Source of the DNA: Anthoceros angustus
Taxonomy: Eukaryota; Plantae; Anthocerotophyta
Length of the DNA stretch: 64,000 nucleotides
Direction: 5' to 3'
Assembly (NCBI GenBank): GCA_010909165.1
Contig: VJWM01000209.1
Location: 1 to 64,000 of the forward strand
Below are positions 1-12,560 of this stretch, piece after piece. The translations under genes were made by a program, and so were the position numbers. Under the pieces are notes generated by a model that did not search any database, was not told the origin of the DNA, and worked only from the letters and a program-made list of their open reading frames with translations. Every line of letters starts with the position of its first letter. Position 1 is the stretch's first letter.

Positions 1-2859
1 AAGGCCGATCGCTCCACGGCGGGCCTGTATGACGCCTTCATGTCCATTCGGTATGACTTGTCGTGCAGCTGTTTAGCGCGGCAACTCCTCCTCATCAGCA
101 GTCGCATGCAGGTTGGTTAGTGGCCCATGTCTCCGGCCGTCCTCGGGCTCTATGGCTCCCCTAGATCGAGGCCGGGTCCTACGTCTTCAATGGCACCGGG
201 AGCCTCGCCATGGCGGTAGTGCGATCCAATGATAGAAGCCTTCTATTGTCCCCACATCGAAAGCTCCAACCCCGGACGACCACCGCCGCAAAGAACCCTC
301 CCGTGTCTATCCGGCGTCCTCGCCGCCTTCTCCATAATCGAGTGCACTTCGTCAACACCGCACGGGTCCGACTTCTCATCCTCGCATTTCCGCGCTACCG
401 CGCAGATGTAAAACTTTTGGCCTCACGCCAAGCATTCCGCTGGTGATGGACAGCAGCCTCCGTGAGGACGGAAGGCAGATCGCCATGCCGCAACCACCGC
501 TCGTAGTTTCGTAATCACGCTGGCGGCGGGATGGCCGTGCGCGCTCCTACCGCGACGGATGCTCGCGGCGATCGTCATCGAAGGGCCGCCAGGGCGCCGC
601 CATTCTTTCATCTCGCTGGAATCGTCAATGACTACGAAGGCCCCACTGCGGCACTATGTGCTCGAGGCTCGCGTCGCCTGAAGCCACTTGGTCGGGTCGG
701 ATCTCGCCATCCGACCGAGATCGAGTCCTCGCCCGCCCACCACCGGTGCACGCCATCTCCGAAGCTTCCCGCCGCAGCTCCATCCTCCTCTTCCAAGACC
801 CTCGCTTCAGGTAGTTGGACTATGAACGAACGGCGCCATTCGGGATACAGGATCCCGCATACAACAAGCGCACCTTGCAAAACGAGCGCCTGTGATGCCA
901 AGTGAACAGAGGGGTCATCCGTGAGGATCGCAATGGCGAATGCGGGCTTGCACCTTCATTACTGGCGAAGTAAAGTGGCCCAAATTGCCGCTGGAAGTAA
1001 GAGGTCGCCACCGGTCCACGAGTGCGGCCGCCATGCCCCTGATCAAACTAACCATCATACTCGCTCCCACTGCATGGCACCTGCAGTACGGGCAACTCCA
1101 CCATCGCAACTGGCCGCAGCAATCCTCCGACATACCGCCTCCCCATCTCGCCTCGGGTCCTAAGTGGATGGCTCGTAATGCGATTCGCTGGAACTGATAG
1201 CGAGCTTCTTCATGTGCACTCGCCCCGCACCGCCAGATGCGCCTCGCCGTCCCCCAGAACCATAATCGGGTGATTGCGGCGTTGTGTGAAGGGGATGTTT
1301 CCCATCGCCGCACGCACCGTTGCAGGTTCCGGCGCCGTGGAGGGAACATGCACCGCCACCCTCACTGTCCCCGGAAGGTACCGCTGCGCCACGCGCCTGC
1401 ACCGGACGCCGAGCTCGCAATCGACACTGCCAAGGCTCCGGCCGCACAGTGTCTGCAACACCGGAGGAGCCTTGCGGATTGCCTCACGACCGTAATTCTA
1501 GCAGCGGCAGAGGCTTGAAACGCGAGGCCGACCTTGGCGGGGGATTTGATCGAAGACATTTGCATCCTCGTCCGGAGTTCACCCAATCTCTCGAGAATGT
1601 CATCACCGCCATCGTGCACGGCATTCACGGCGACCAAGGCCCGCCTCCTCGCGCCATGTTTTCACTTGGATTGGTGCAGAGTCCACCAGAAAAAAGATGT
1701 GTGTGCCTCGGTCACGGCCTCCAGCTCCGCGATTTCCAGTCAAGGGGTGGGAGATGGCAGAGGGGCGGTGGTCCGCTGATGGCGAACCACCGCCGATGTG
1801 AAGGAAGATACGGAGCGCCGTCTCCCCGTCTTCACAGTTTTTCTGCATGACAAGAGTGCAGAGGACCATTATTTCGTGGAGTCGTGCCCCCAAACGCCTC
1901 AAACCCCGCTTAGGATTAACAGCAAATGCCCGCCTGTACGCGGGACACGACATTCATTACATCGGAAAGACGGAGATGGCGCGCAGGCCGCTCTCCAAAG
2001 ATGCACCTCGTCGGATGGCCGCATTGTTTAAGGCGATGGAGATGAGGACATGTGCTTTAAACGCGCCTTCTAGAAGACGCGTTGTTTATGTTTGAAGTAT
2101 TCGTGCGAGGGACCGGACAGAGGCCGTGGACAAGAATGCCCCGCGACGCTTGGGAAGACGCGTACATCTTCAAACAGGGCTATGCTCTGCACGGTGGCGT
2201 GGAATCAAGGTTCGCAGCCTCCCTTCAAAACATCGCTGCCAAGAACGCGATGACCAAGGACGGCCCTCGTCAGCAATTGCGGTTTATGTCAAATCACTCT
2301 CCATACCATTTTCAACCCAAGCATATAGTGAATTTGTCCTGCATTCGAACTTGAATGGATGGAATAATGGATGGATATTGAGTATGATTTTTGTTCACAC
2401 ATGTAGTAGGAGTTTTGGGCCAAACTATAAGGCCCAAAAAAGGATGGAACATAATGCATAATGTTCCAATTTTCAAAGGCCAAGATAGTGGTACATATAG
2501 TAAGGACATGACAACCTTGGCCTTTGGGATATTTGAAAGGAGGAAACATCATGCATGGTGTGTCCATGCCAAAGGCCAAGGAAGGAGAGGCATATACTAC
2601 AAAGGACATGTCATCCTTGGCATTTGGGATTTGTCACAAAACGAAACATCATGCATGTTGTTTCAACCACCAAAGGCCAAGGAAGTTAGTGCTACATATA
2701 CTACAGGTAGGCTTGCTCTTCCCATATGTGTGTGTTAGTAGTTGGATGGCATAGTAGATTTAAAGGTAAAACATCTTTAGGGTTTAGCGAAGGGACGTTG
2801 GCCTGTAAGAGCATGTGCACATATGCATCTAATCCTGCATATATAGACATAAATATTAG

Positions 2860-4260
2860 ATATGTCTAGTTCCTTGGACTTTGGCCTATAGTAGGATTGA
2901 CAGGACATGCTAGCGTCCTTGAAAGGTTGGTATATAATATATGGATATATATGTAGGAGAAAGTTGAAAACGATCTTCGCAAGATGTGCTCGTTTTTCTT
3001 CCTCTATCCCTTGCAAGCAAATTTTCCATGCATCGTCGATAAAGTTCCTTGGCATATGCCTAAGGATCTTTGTGCAGCAATGGAAAAGCTTCTTATTTTT
3101 TTTTTCCCTTTTGTATGTATCGCGAAAGGGTTTTCCTTTATATGCATCAATGAAAAGGGTCCTTGCACTTTGGTACAATGATAATGTCTTCGTCTTGGAA
3201 AAGGTATATTATGTCTATATATGCGGGAAAACACTATACACGCATGATATGTGAGAAGTTGTGCTCTCTAGTTTTGCCTTCTTCTATCCTTCGTCGATGG
3301 CAATGTTTCCCATGCATCATTAACAAAGTTCCTTGGGCCATGGGGAATGAACTTTGTCCATGATGCATGCGAAAACTGCCTATTGTTTTTGCCCTTCAGT
3401 GTGCTTCGCAGCTGGGTTTTTTCGTGCGAAGCATCAGCGAAAATGGTCCTTGGCCTTTGGTAGAAGTGAATGGTAATGTCTTCATCTTAGAACTAAGGTA
3501 TATTATGTATGTCTATATGTGCAAGAATAACACTAGCTTTGCATGATAGGATAGAAGTTGTGTTGTTTTTCTTCCTTTGTGCGCATCGCTTTTTCCATGC
3601 ATCATCAGAGAGTTCCTTGGCCTATGGCGAGAAGGCTTTCAGTGCATTGTCCTTTCCATATGTTACCTTTGTATGCTTCGTGCATCTTTCCGACATGTGG
3701 AAAAGGCTCCTTGGCCTTTGGTACATGTGACTATGAATGTATTAAATCGTTGAGCGAGGTATATCATGTATGTCTATGTGCGAGAATAACAACGTAAACT
3801 TGACATGGCGAAGTTTTGTTTTGGTTTTGTCTTCTTTGTAATCTTGGCAATTATTTTTGCATCCTCAAAAAGTTCCTTGGCCCATGGGATTGATTTTTTC
3901 CCGATGCATTGAAAATTTTCCTTTTTTTTTTCGTATGCTTGGCCTGTGTATGCTTGTTGGAATTGTCTCTACATGCATCATGAAAAGGGTCCTTGGCCTA
4001 TGGTACAAGTCATTGTTCATGACCTGGTCTTTGAAAACAGTTATATCATACATGGCTATATATGTAGGAATGACGTGGAAAACCAACATGGTGGTTGCGA
4101 AGTTGGTTTGCGGTTTTCCCCTCCGCTATCCTAGCCCATTGGCAATGTTTGCATGCATCGTGGACAAAAATCCTTGGCCAAATGGCGAAGGACGTTTTTC
4201 CAGGATGGATGCCAATACGTTGTCCTGCATGACTACACTTAATTTGTTGCATCCTTGAAT
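2860..4260. repeat. Degenerate tandem repeat, ~280-bp period, 4-5 copies
   Basis: The block TTTTCCATGCATC...AAAGTTCCTTGG recurs at ~3021, 3305, 3591, 3855 and 4147. It alternates with AAAGGGTCCTTGGCCTTTGGTA (~3150, 3440, 3700, 3985) and AGGTATATTATGT. Confidence 0.75.
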
Positions 4261-5629
4261 CAAAGCGCGAGCGAGCTAAAGGTGGGCTATAACTAGGTTT
4301 TAACTGCGAGGCTGCGAGGTTGCCATAACTGTGATGAGGGTAGGTTACTGCGGACGCAATCGATTTCTGCATGGCGAAGGACATACGGGGATCGGGTGGT
4401 GTATAAATCACATGGAATAACGGAATGTATGCGCCTGAAGCGGTTGGCGGTGCAGCAACTCAGTTGTGAGAAGTCTGGCGGGCGCGGCAAAGCGGTCCGT
4501 CCGGGTTCCAGACGGCGGTGGTGAGCGTTGGGAAGCGGTGGAACTTCGCGTGATGGGTGAGCGAACTTGGGCATACGAGGAAAGAGGCGGGGAAGAATGG
4601 CGAAGGGGCGGAGCGGACCGGACGGTGCATAGGCGGGTGAGTGGCCTCGTTCTCTCTTGTAGGCGATTGGTGTGGAGGTGATGTGCGTCGAGGACTGCAG
4701 GTGTAGCGAACATGGGCAGCAGTGTGATGTGATGGATGAAGGAAGGATGAGGTATGGTCGCGTGCTCACCGTTGATAGCGATGGGCAGCGGTGGGCAGCG
4801 CCTTTTCCGTTGCGCATCCTTGGAATGGGCGGAGGAGTTTGCATGAGTGGCTGGTGGAAGCAGGAGGTGCGGAAGGGTGAAGGAGGACTTACTGAGGTGA
4901 CTGCAGTCACAACCTGGCAGAGGCAGAAAGGGCAGTTGTGTCGGCAGTGCCGTCTTGCCGAATGAGGTGAAGCTTCCGGTGGGACAAAGAGAGAATCGAG
5001 GGAGACGGGCGGTGGCCCAAGCGGGGATAGCCGTTGTGGAGGCAGGCGGTGGAGGCGGGAGTGCCATGGATGGCATGGGAGAGCGGTGGGATCACGGTGT
5101 CTTGAGGCAGCGAGGAAGGTCTACTTGAGCTACACTTTTGTGTTGCTATGTTTGCGTCTTATCGTCATCCACGATTATGACCTTGCCATCTTTGTCTGAT
5201 AGTAGCAATAGATATCTTGGCAGTGATGACTTGACCTAGATATGGGGACCGGGTGACGGATCGGCGTCATTATATGTACAGTGGTAAAACCCCGAAATGA
5301 TTACGAATAGTGATGTGTGTTAGGCGGTCGACTCGCTCCACTGCGAGTGTCATGTGAAGAGAGGGGTTGGCAGTTGGGACCCGAACAAAGGAGGGCCAAA
5401 GGGTTGACAAATCGCTGCCATAAATGTCATAGTTGCCATGCCGGTTAAGCGAGCGGGGTGGGCGACAATTCGAGTTCATAACAGTGATGGCGAGCCTGTG
5501 CGCAGCTACTGATTGCGCGTCTTATGCAGAGAAAATTTGCGGTCCGTCAATGAGGCGGCCCGTCTGAGCGCCCAGGGACATTATAGCAAAGCGGAGGGCG
5601 TCGCCACGGCGGACATGCCATCACTTAAA

Positions 5630-6536
5630 GGCAGGCGGTGGGCTCGGATACCAAAGCGCGGTGGCGGGGGCAGGCGAGGGTGGAAATTCGGTGAAGGAGG
5701 CGGGAGTGATGGAAGGAGAGGCGGTGAGGCGGCGAAGGAGGCGGGACGGCGGCATGGTGCCGCAGCTGGCCATGTGGAGGAGCAATTACCCTCATGGCGG
5801 GCGGGCAGCGAGCGGCGGCGGGGAAGGGGTCGAGGGAGGCGTCCTCCCCGCCGCCATAAGCGGGCGGCGAGAGAAGGCGGAGGGGGCAGGCGGGGGAGAG
5901 CATCGCCTCCCCATGGAGAAAGGCGGGTGGGGGCGGGCGCCTCCCGGCGATGGTGGCGGCAGCAGCGGGAGCCCCGGCGGCGGCGGGGCGTGCCCTCCCC
6001 ATGGCGAGGCAGCAGGCGGGGAGGCGGGTAACCTCCGCCCTCAAGGAAAGGGGGCAGCATGGCCTCCCGTGGAGGCGGCGGCGGGGTGCCCGGAGCGCGG
6101 CCGAGACTCTGCCCTCCCCATGGAGAGAAGGCGGGGCGGGGCGGGCGAGCGCACCTCCATGATGGGCAGTGTGCCCTCGCGCTTAGTGAGGCCCAGGCAG
6201 AGGCGCGGGGGAGGCCTTGCCCCTCCCCATGGCGATGGAGGCAGGCGGGGAGGCGGGCGCCTCCGCCTCGAGAAGGCAAGGGGCAGCATGGCCTCCCCTG
6301 GCGATGGGCGGGCGGCCAGGGGCCCGAAGGCGGTCTGGTAGAGTGGGGAGGCACCATCACCCTCCCCATGGCGATGGGCCAGAGGCGGGGAGGCGGGCGC
6401 CTCCGCCTCGAAGGAGCAGAGACGGCATAGCTCCCACAGCGATGGAGGCCCGGAGGCGTGAGCAGGGAAGCGGCCGCCGGGGGCAGGCGGGGGAAGTGCT
6501 ATGCCCTCCCCATGGCTTGGAAAATAGGCGGGGCGG
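5630..6536. repeat. GC-rich minisatellite-like region built on CCCTCCCCATGG(CGATGG)AGGCAGGCGGGG
   Basis: About 10 variants of CCTCCCCATGG, and repeated GGCGGGGAGGCGGGCGCCTCCGCCTCG. The overlapping Arg/Gly/Pro ORFs in all frames are compositional artefacts. Confidence 0.7.
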
Positions 6537-7170
6537 CACTACTAGGAAAAGCGGGCCTTTACAACGGAAATTACAACGGCATTACAACGCCTTTACTAAG
6601 TCTCAGAGTAAAACCCCGTAGTAAACACACCTTAGTAATATCCATAGTAAAAGTATATACGCATTATACGAGGGCTATATCATGTATTGAATACGGTATT
6701 GTCCAACCCATACGGTGTATGGCTTGACGTGGTCCGTACCTGGTTAAACTTTAGCGGAACCCCTTTACTGGACATTACTACGGTACACTTACAACGCATT
6801 TTACAACTTCAATAACCATGGTTAATATACTAGAGTTAAAATCTGTGACCGCGTTTATTAAGCGGGGTTAAATCGGATTCGATTACCACAAACTAGTTGG
6901 CGTTAGTTAACCATGATTAACCTAAGCGAATGGCGTTGTAATCAATGCGTAACTTTCACGAGCCCTGTTGTAATAAGTATGTACCTTTACAACGGACCTT
7001 GTTGTAAATGGACCACGTGTATGAGGTTCTTTAAAAGTACTTTTCATTTACAACCCGTTGTAAAAGGCTCTTGTAAAGTTTCGGAGTAGAGATAGGGTTG
7101 TAAATGAATGCGTTGCAATGAAACAAGTTTGTTGTAAAATCTACGAGGTGCATTGTAAAAACTCCACTAA
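6537..7170 (+). mobile_element. CACTA (En/Spm) transposon terminus with subterminal repeats
   Basis: Starts CACTACTAGGAAAA at 6537, followed by at least 12 TTACAAC/GTTGTAA motifs in both orientations (6559-7140). No matching right TIR was seen in the window. Confidence 0.75.
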
Positions 7171-9859
7171 TGCTATCTTGGCAAAGCCTACTACACCATG
7201 CATCCTACAATCGGTAGTAGATTAGTTTGTCACTGCGGCCTCCATTTGACAACCGCCAACCCTCTTTCACAAACATACAAGCATGAACAAAGCCCACATA
7301 ACGAGATGAACTTCAACAATTACGGTTGAAGATTACATGAAATTACGAAGTGCAAGCTCTATTGTCGACTGAACTATGGTGAGGCTTTCTTAGCCTTTTA
7401 TCTGTCAGGGAAGAAGATGTTCCACCATGAAACCTTCATCCGGACCCTCTTCTTCGAATGGCCTCCATTACCTGTTCATCACACTCTACACTCTCATATC
7501 ACCTTCATGCAATAGATTCGAGACATTCACAACCTTATCGACTTTCCCTTAGAATCCACTTGAGGACCCAAGGATGGAATTGTGGTTTTAGTCTCCTTCA
7601 ATGCGCTCTCGTTCAACCAATTTCCATGCCTAGATCCCTGATCTCCTCTAAAGTTGCTTGCCTATCAAACTTGGCTCTGAACATCCATGAATTGCTTTTG
7701 ACCTCCAAACCCAAAGCAAGAATAGGGCTTACCGACGTTTTCCCCTCGCAGCAATCTTTTGTTATTTGGGTGCAACAACACCATCCGACTTATCTTTCTC
7801 TGTTTGAGAGAACATCCCAATACTCCTTCTTCAAGCTCTTGGGCACATACTTATCACCCTTTCTTCCCATGTAAAGTGCCTAGCCTCCTTTCTCAAGTTA
7901 TTCTTCCAATGCCTCGGTGCCACTAAGCGAGCTACAATACAATAAGCTCCATGGGCACAGAAATTGTTTGTGAGGTGCTTTCAATAAGAAGCACTTGACA
8001 TCAGTGTGCCCAAAAATCGAGCGATGGGTTGCACATGTGCCGGATTGTGTAGTGCACCCTATCCTTGGAAACCAAGGCGAGTCACGTAGTATGTAACTGC
8101 ACATTCAAAACACATAGAACAATTGTGCTTTAGAACATTCTATGCAACATAACCTCATGAAATCGCCTCAACCCAAATTAAATGACCATGGAGTTAGCCA
8201 AGCCTACTTTTGCAGTGTAACTCCGGGTAACTCAGGGCTGGTTCGCAACAATTCCGAACTGTAACACGTGCTCGAGCACGTGGGCACGAGATCGACTGCC
8301 TCTGAGCACGATACATCGCTGGTGATGATCCTGACCGAACTGCACAATACGATGCTGTGTCGCACAACTGTGCCATTTGGCATACGGCACGTAACATCGC
8401 ATGTCACGCATATATTCCATCCCCCCTCGCAAAACAACCATGGATCCTCCCTCTGACCATCTTCCTCACAGATAGAATACCCGCTTTCATGCATATGAGG
8501 CTAGAACCTCATCTTTGGATGTCGAAATTCCTCTTCCGCTTTGGTGCCGCGCTTGTTGCCCTCGAAGTCAACGTCCATACATGTAGGGATTTCGCCATGT
8601 ACGCATGAGCATCCCCTGATGCTCATGATGGGGTTGACAACCCGGTTGTGTGGCGACCCGTATTATTCGCATCATCCGTCGGTGGCAAGGGTGTCCTAGA
8701 AGCAAATGAATCCGGATCACAGCCCCATTTCCCGATCTCGCGGCATCTTCCAAAATATCGGCTATCTCACGATCACAGGCTATCACAAACCACCACGTCG
8801 AATCGTGCCAATCCTTCATCTTTGTCCGAGCTCACCTTGAGAATTTGGTTTAGAATTGGCCGTGTATTCGACGCGAAGGCACCTTGACTGCGGCTAGTTG
8901 TTGGTCCCTTTTCACCGTGGTGCAGTCACGAATCACACCCTACCGGTCGAGTGAACTCCGACCTCCTCTTCGGCCTCCTCAACGGCATCCTTGGTTAAGG
9001 TCGCCTCCTCTTCGTCCTTCCTTGCCTCGAGGTCGGCGGCGCGGGCGGGGATTCCGGCGGCCACCGCATGGCATACACCCATGTCGGCATGTGGGCCTTC
9101 CCACTCTTGGACAATCAAGCGGATGTCAGGGTCACCATTGTGCAAACTCGTTCAAACCCCTGTTGTGGCACATTTCCCATTGTGAGGCCCGGTTGTGTTG
9201 GAAGGACATCTTCATCGAGGTAAGGCGCGGACCTTGTGGAACTTGTCCTCCTCATCTTGTCGCCTCTTGGACCTCGACTCCACGAACATGGGTGAAGCCA
9301 AAACCGTCAACCCCGTTTTGTAGGCATTTGGGCGATAGTTCTGAGCCCTTGAGACTCTTGGTTAAACTCCCTCCATCGTGCTTGATCCTACTCTCCGACC
9401 TCGCGTTGGCCTCCCCAAGCCATCCATGCAGAACTTGGTAGCTTGCCTTGCCATTTGTCACCCTTAACCACCGCTTAGCTCGTCACGATCACCCCTTGCC
9501 ACCTCTTGTCTGCTGATGTCTTCCATTTGTGCTCATCCTCGTCACCATTGGCCTCTTCTTCTTGTGCTGCCTCCTCAACTTCTTCACGCACCCACTTACC
9601 TTTTAGGATTGAGGCGCGGCCCTAAGATCGGCGGCATCAAGTTCTTGTTTTTCACCATCTGGGTCCGACGTCGCAGTTCCTTCCAGTGTAGCCTCGGCAG
9701 GCTGCATCCCAGTATGACGCCGTTGCTGCGCCTTGTCTCGATGTCCATCTCGGCATGGCATTCTATCTTCACGGCTTTTGGCATACGCATTCTTTGGTTG
9801 TGAAAAGCAGGGCTACGTAAACGACGGCATGAGAAAACATCAACACGGACACATGAATG

Positions 9860-12560
9860 TGATAAAATAGCTTACTATTAGGGCACTTTTCACTAGGGCA
9901 CCTAGGACTTACCTAGAGCAAGGTTTGTATGGTATAGCGATCAGGGCAAATTGGAACTTAACCATACATGTACAACTTATTGGGAGAGGATTTAAGCAAA
10001 GCCGGTGATGCTTGTATGTACATCCTAATATCCGCAATGATATATTTTATCTTCTACTTTATGTTGATGATGTTTTATGGCAACAAACTCCCTCACTCTC
10101 CTAGCGAAACTAAAGCATGGCTTAGGACTCTATTTGAGATGTCCGATCTAGGAGAAATGACATATGCACTTGGTGTTAATATTATACGAAATAGAGGTAA
10201 TAAGACTCTAAGTATAGTTCAAACCAAGTATATTAAGGAGAGTTTAGCTAAATTTGGACTTGAGGATGCAAAGCTGCACCCACACCTTTTGCAAGTGGTG
10301 TTAGGCTTACCTCGGATATGAGTCCCAAAAGCATGAAGAAAAGCTAGAAATGTCGTTCCATACCGACATCTGTTGGCACTCTAATATATTTATGCAATTT
10401 TACGAGACCGGATATATCTTTTGAAGTCGGGTTCCCTCACAATTCTTGGAGAACCACGGCGTGAGCCTTTGGATGTCTGAGCGTATATTCGGATACCTTA
10501 AAGGCACTATGTACACAGGTGATGTTCAAGCATACACCAGCTATCAACAACATTAACTCTAACGGCATATCGATGCCGACTATCGTGACCCGACACCGAA
10601 AATCAGTCGGGGTATGTATTACTCTTGGGAGGAGCACCAATATCACGGTCAAGTAAGAAACAACCTACTATAGCTTTGTCAATCAGAATCGAGTGCAGGT
10701 ACTAACCTCGGTTCTAAAGACATAGTGTGGTCCGAGGTTAGTTTTGAGTGAACTTCACCATCCTCAACTTAAGCCTACATCTTTGTTTAGTGATAGCCGG
10801 TGCCATTGCACTTGCGAAATCTGTTTTCATTCTAGAACTAAACATATATGTTGAGTATCACTACATAAGGGAAAAGTTAGAAGATCAAACCATAAATATT
10901 AGTTATGTTCAAACTTTAGACAATCTGATTTATTAACAAAGTCATTGGGAATTGAGTTACATAGGAAACACATGAAATGTTTGGGTATAATGGACACACC
11001 TGTCCAAACCTTTAACCTAATACTCACCCTAGCGCCTTAGGGCCGATTTAAGATAACCTTAAAATCTTAGCCCAAAAATTATTGTCTTACTATTTTTCTG
11101 AACATTTTTCTTCTTCTATCTCAAAATAGCTTAGGTCATCCTGCCTTCCTCTTCATAGACGGCCAACATAGAACCTGGAATATTTATATTAAAAATAAAA
11201 ATAATATTTAAGCAGTATTTATGTGATTAAAACAATAAATTCCCTTAGCACCAAAGGCACCTACGGAAAATATGTTTGATATGTCCTGGAAATTCCTCAC
11301 ATGGGAGACTTGCTATTTTATCATGTGGATGGTAGTTTCCTCACATATATAGGAGTCAGGACATCTCCTTTTCACTTAAACCTAAGGTGAGTATGTATAC
11401 TTTATTTTCCTGGTCACCTTTTGGTAGAATTCGCTTATAATAGCCCATGTTTTTGTCTTTAATACACTTAGGAAACAAAATGTGTTTACATCAAATGCAG
11501 AAAATTTATGCTAGGTTATTCGATCCTAAAACTCATATAGAAATTAGGATGCTTAAAATCTTGGATAACCCTTATTTAATATATTGCACCTTTCTTTTTT
11601 CTTCCTTGTCATATCCTCCCATGCCGTCTCCACCCATCTACGCAAGCGTCACACGACCTCTTTATCCATCAAGTCTTAGCATCCTTGTAATCCACTTGTG
11701 TCATAGCTTCTTCTTAGAAGCATAAGATGGGCGCAATCTTTCCTACAAACACTTTTGGCGGTGGGCATTTTGCGGCGGGAGCATCATTCATTGAGAGGGG
11801 AGGGCACGTCCTCATCACCTGCTTCCTCCCCTTTGGTGAGCACATCCGACAATTGCTTCACAAATGAAGACATGGCGGAAATGAAGACATGGCGAGAAAA
11901 TGAAGACGCAATCTTACATACGGACTTGAGCTTTCCCTCTTACGGGTGAGCGTCCTGTAGGATCCTTAGGCATCTCTGGTTCGTTTCATCCTCCGAGGAT
12001 GAGGTCGGATCAATGACAAATGCGGAGATTTCTTTACGAAAGGCTGCGGAAGGGCGAGTGCATGGAGGCGAGACTCTTCATCGGGGACCACGACCGATGC
12101 ATCGGCGGTGGGCGCCCTCTGTCCTTTTGTTTGGGCGCCCAGTAGCGCCCGTGGCGTCCTGCAAGGGCCTTGAGATGGATTTGGGAGGCGGCGCAGCGGA
12201 AGGCCATGAGGCTCGGGACAGGCGCGATGGCGCCCTGGCGCCTCCTCCCGTGGGCGGTGGGCGCATGTCGCGCGGCCGCATGGTCGCATGCCTACCTAGC
12301 CTGTCTACAAAGCTAAGTCGCTAAACACCACTGCTGCGATCTCCTTGGCCTTGGCCCGGGGAGCAACAATCATAAATTGTCCTTGGCCTATGACCAAGGG
12401 CAAGGCTAAAAAGTGGGTGCCTAAGAGGCAGGCCGGGGCCGAGCGACCCCACAGGAAACTTGGAGGCCTAGCCACGGTTTCCCACAAAAGTGTTTAGACC
12501 ATCTTGGCCTAGAAAACAAACAACTACTTACCAACGTCCCCACCGAGCGTAGCTTGTCCA
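9860..12560 (+). mobile_element. Ty1/Copia element, 5' part: truncated LTR start fused to RT-RNaseH, then a long 3' region
   Basis: 9860-9910 matches the LTR start at 25323. Frameshifted RT (YVDD at ~10060; FEMSDLGEMTYALGVNIIRNR..LSIVQTKYI) and RNaseH (YHYIREKLEDQTINISYVQTLDNL) run to ~10990. Confidence 0.85.

Noticed and set aside
1-2100. GC-rich coding-like region
   Set aside because: No recognisable domain in any frame; left unannotated.
5513-6621. Long Arg/Gly/Pro-rich ORFs
   Set aside because: They are open in all frames because the GC-rich repeat lacks stop codons.
7200-9850. Possible CACTA transposase or Ulp1 fragments
   Set aside because: Coding-like on the minus strand, but no diagnostic motif was recognised.
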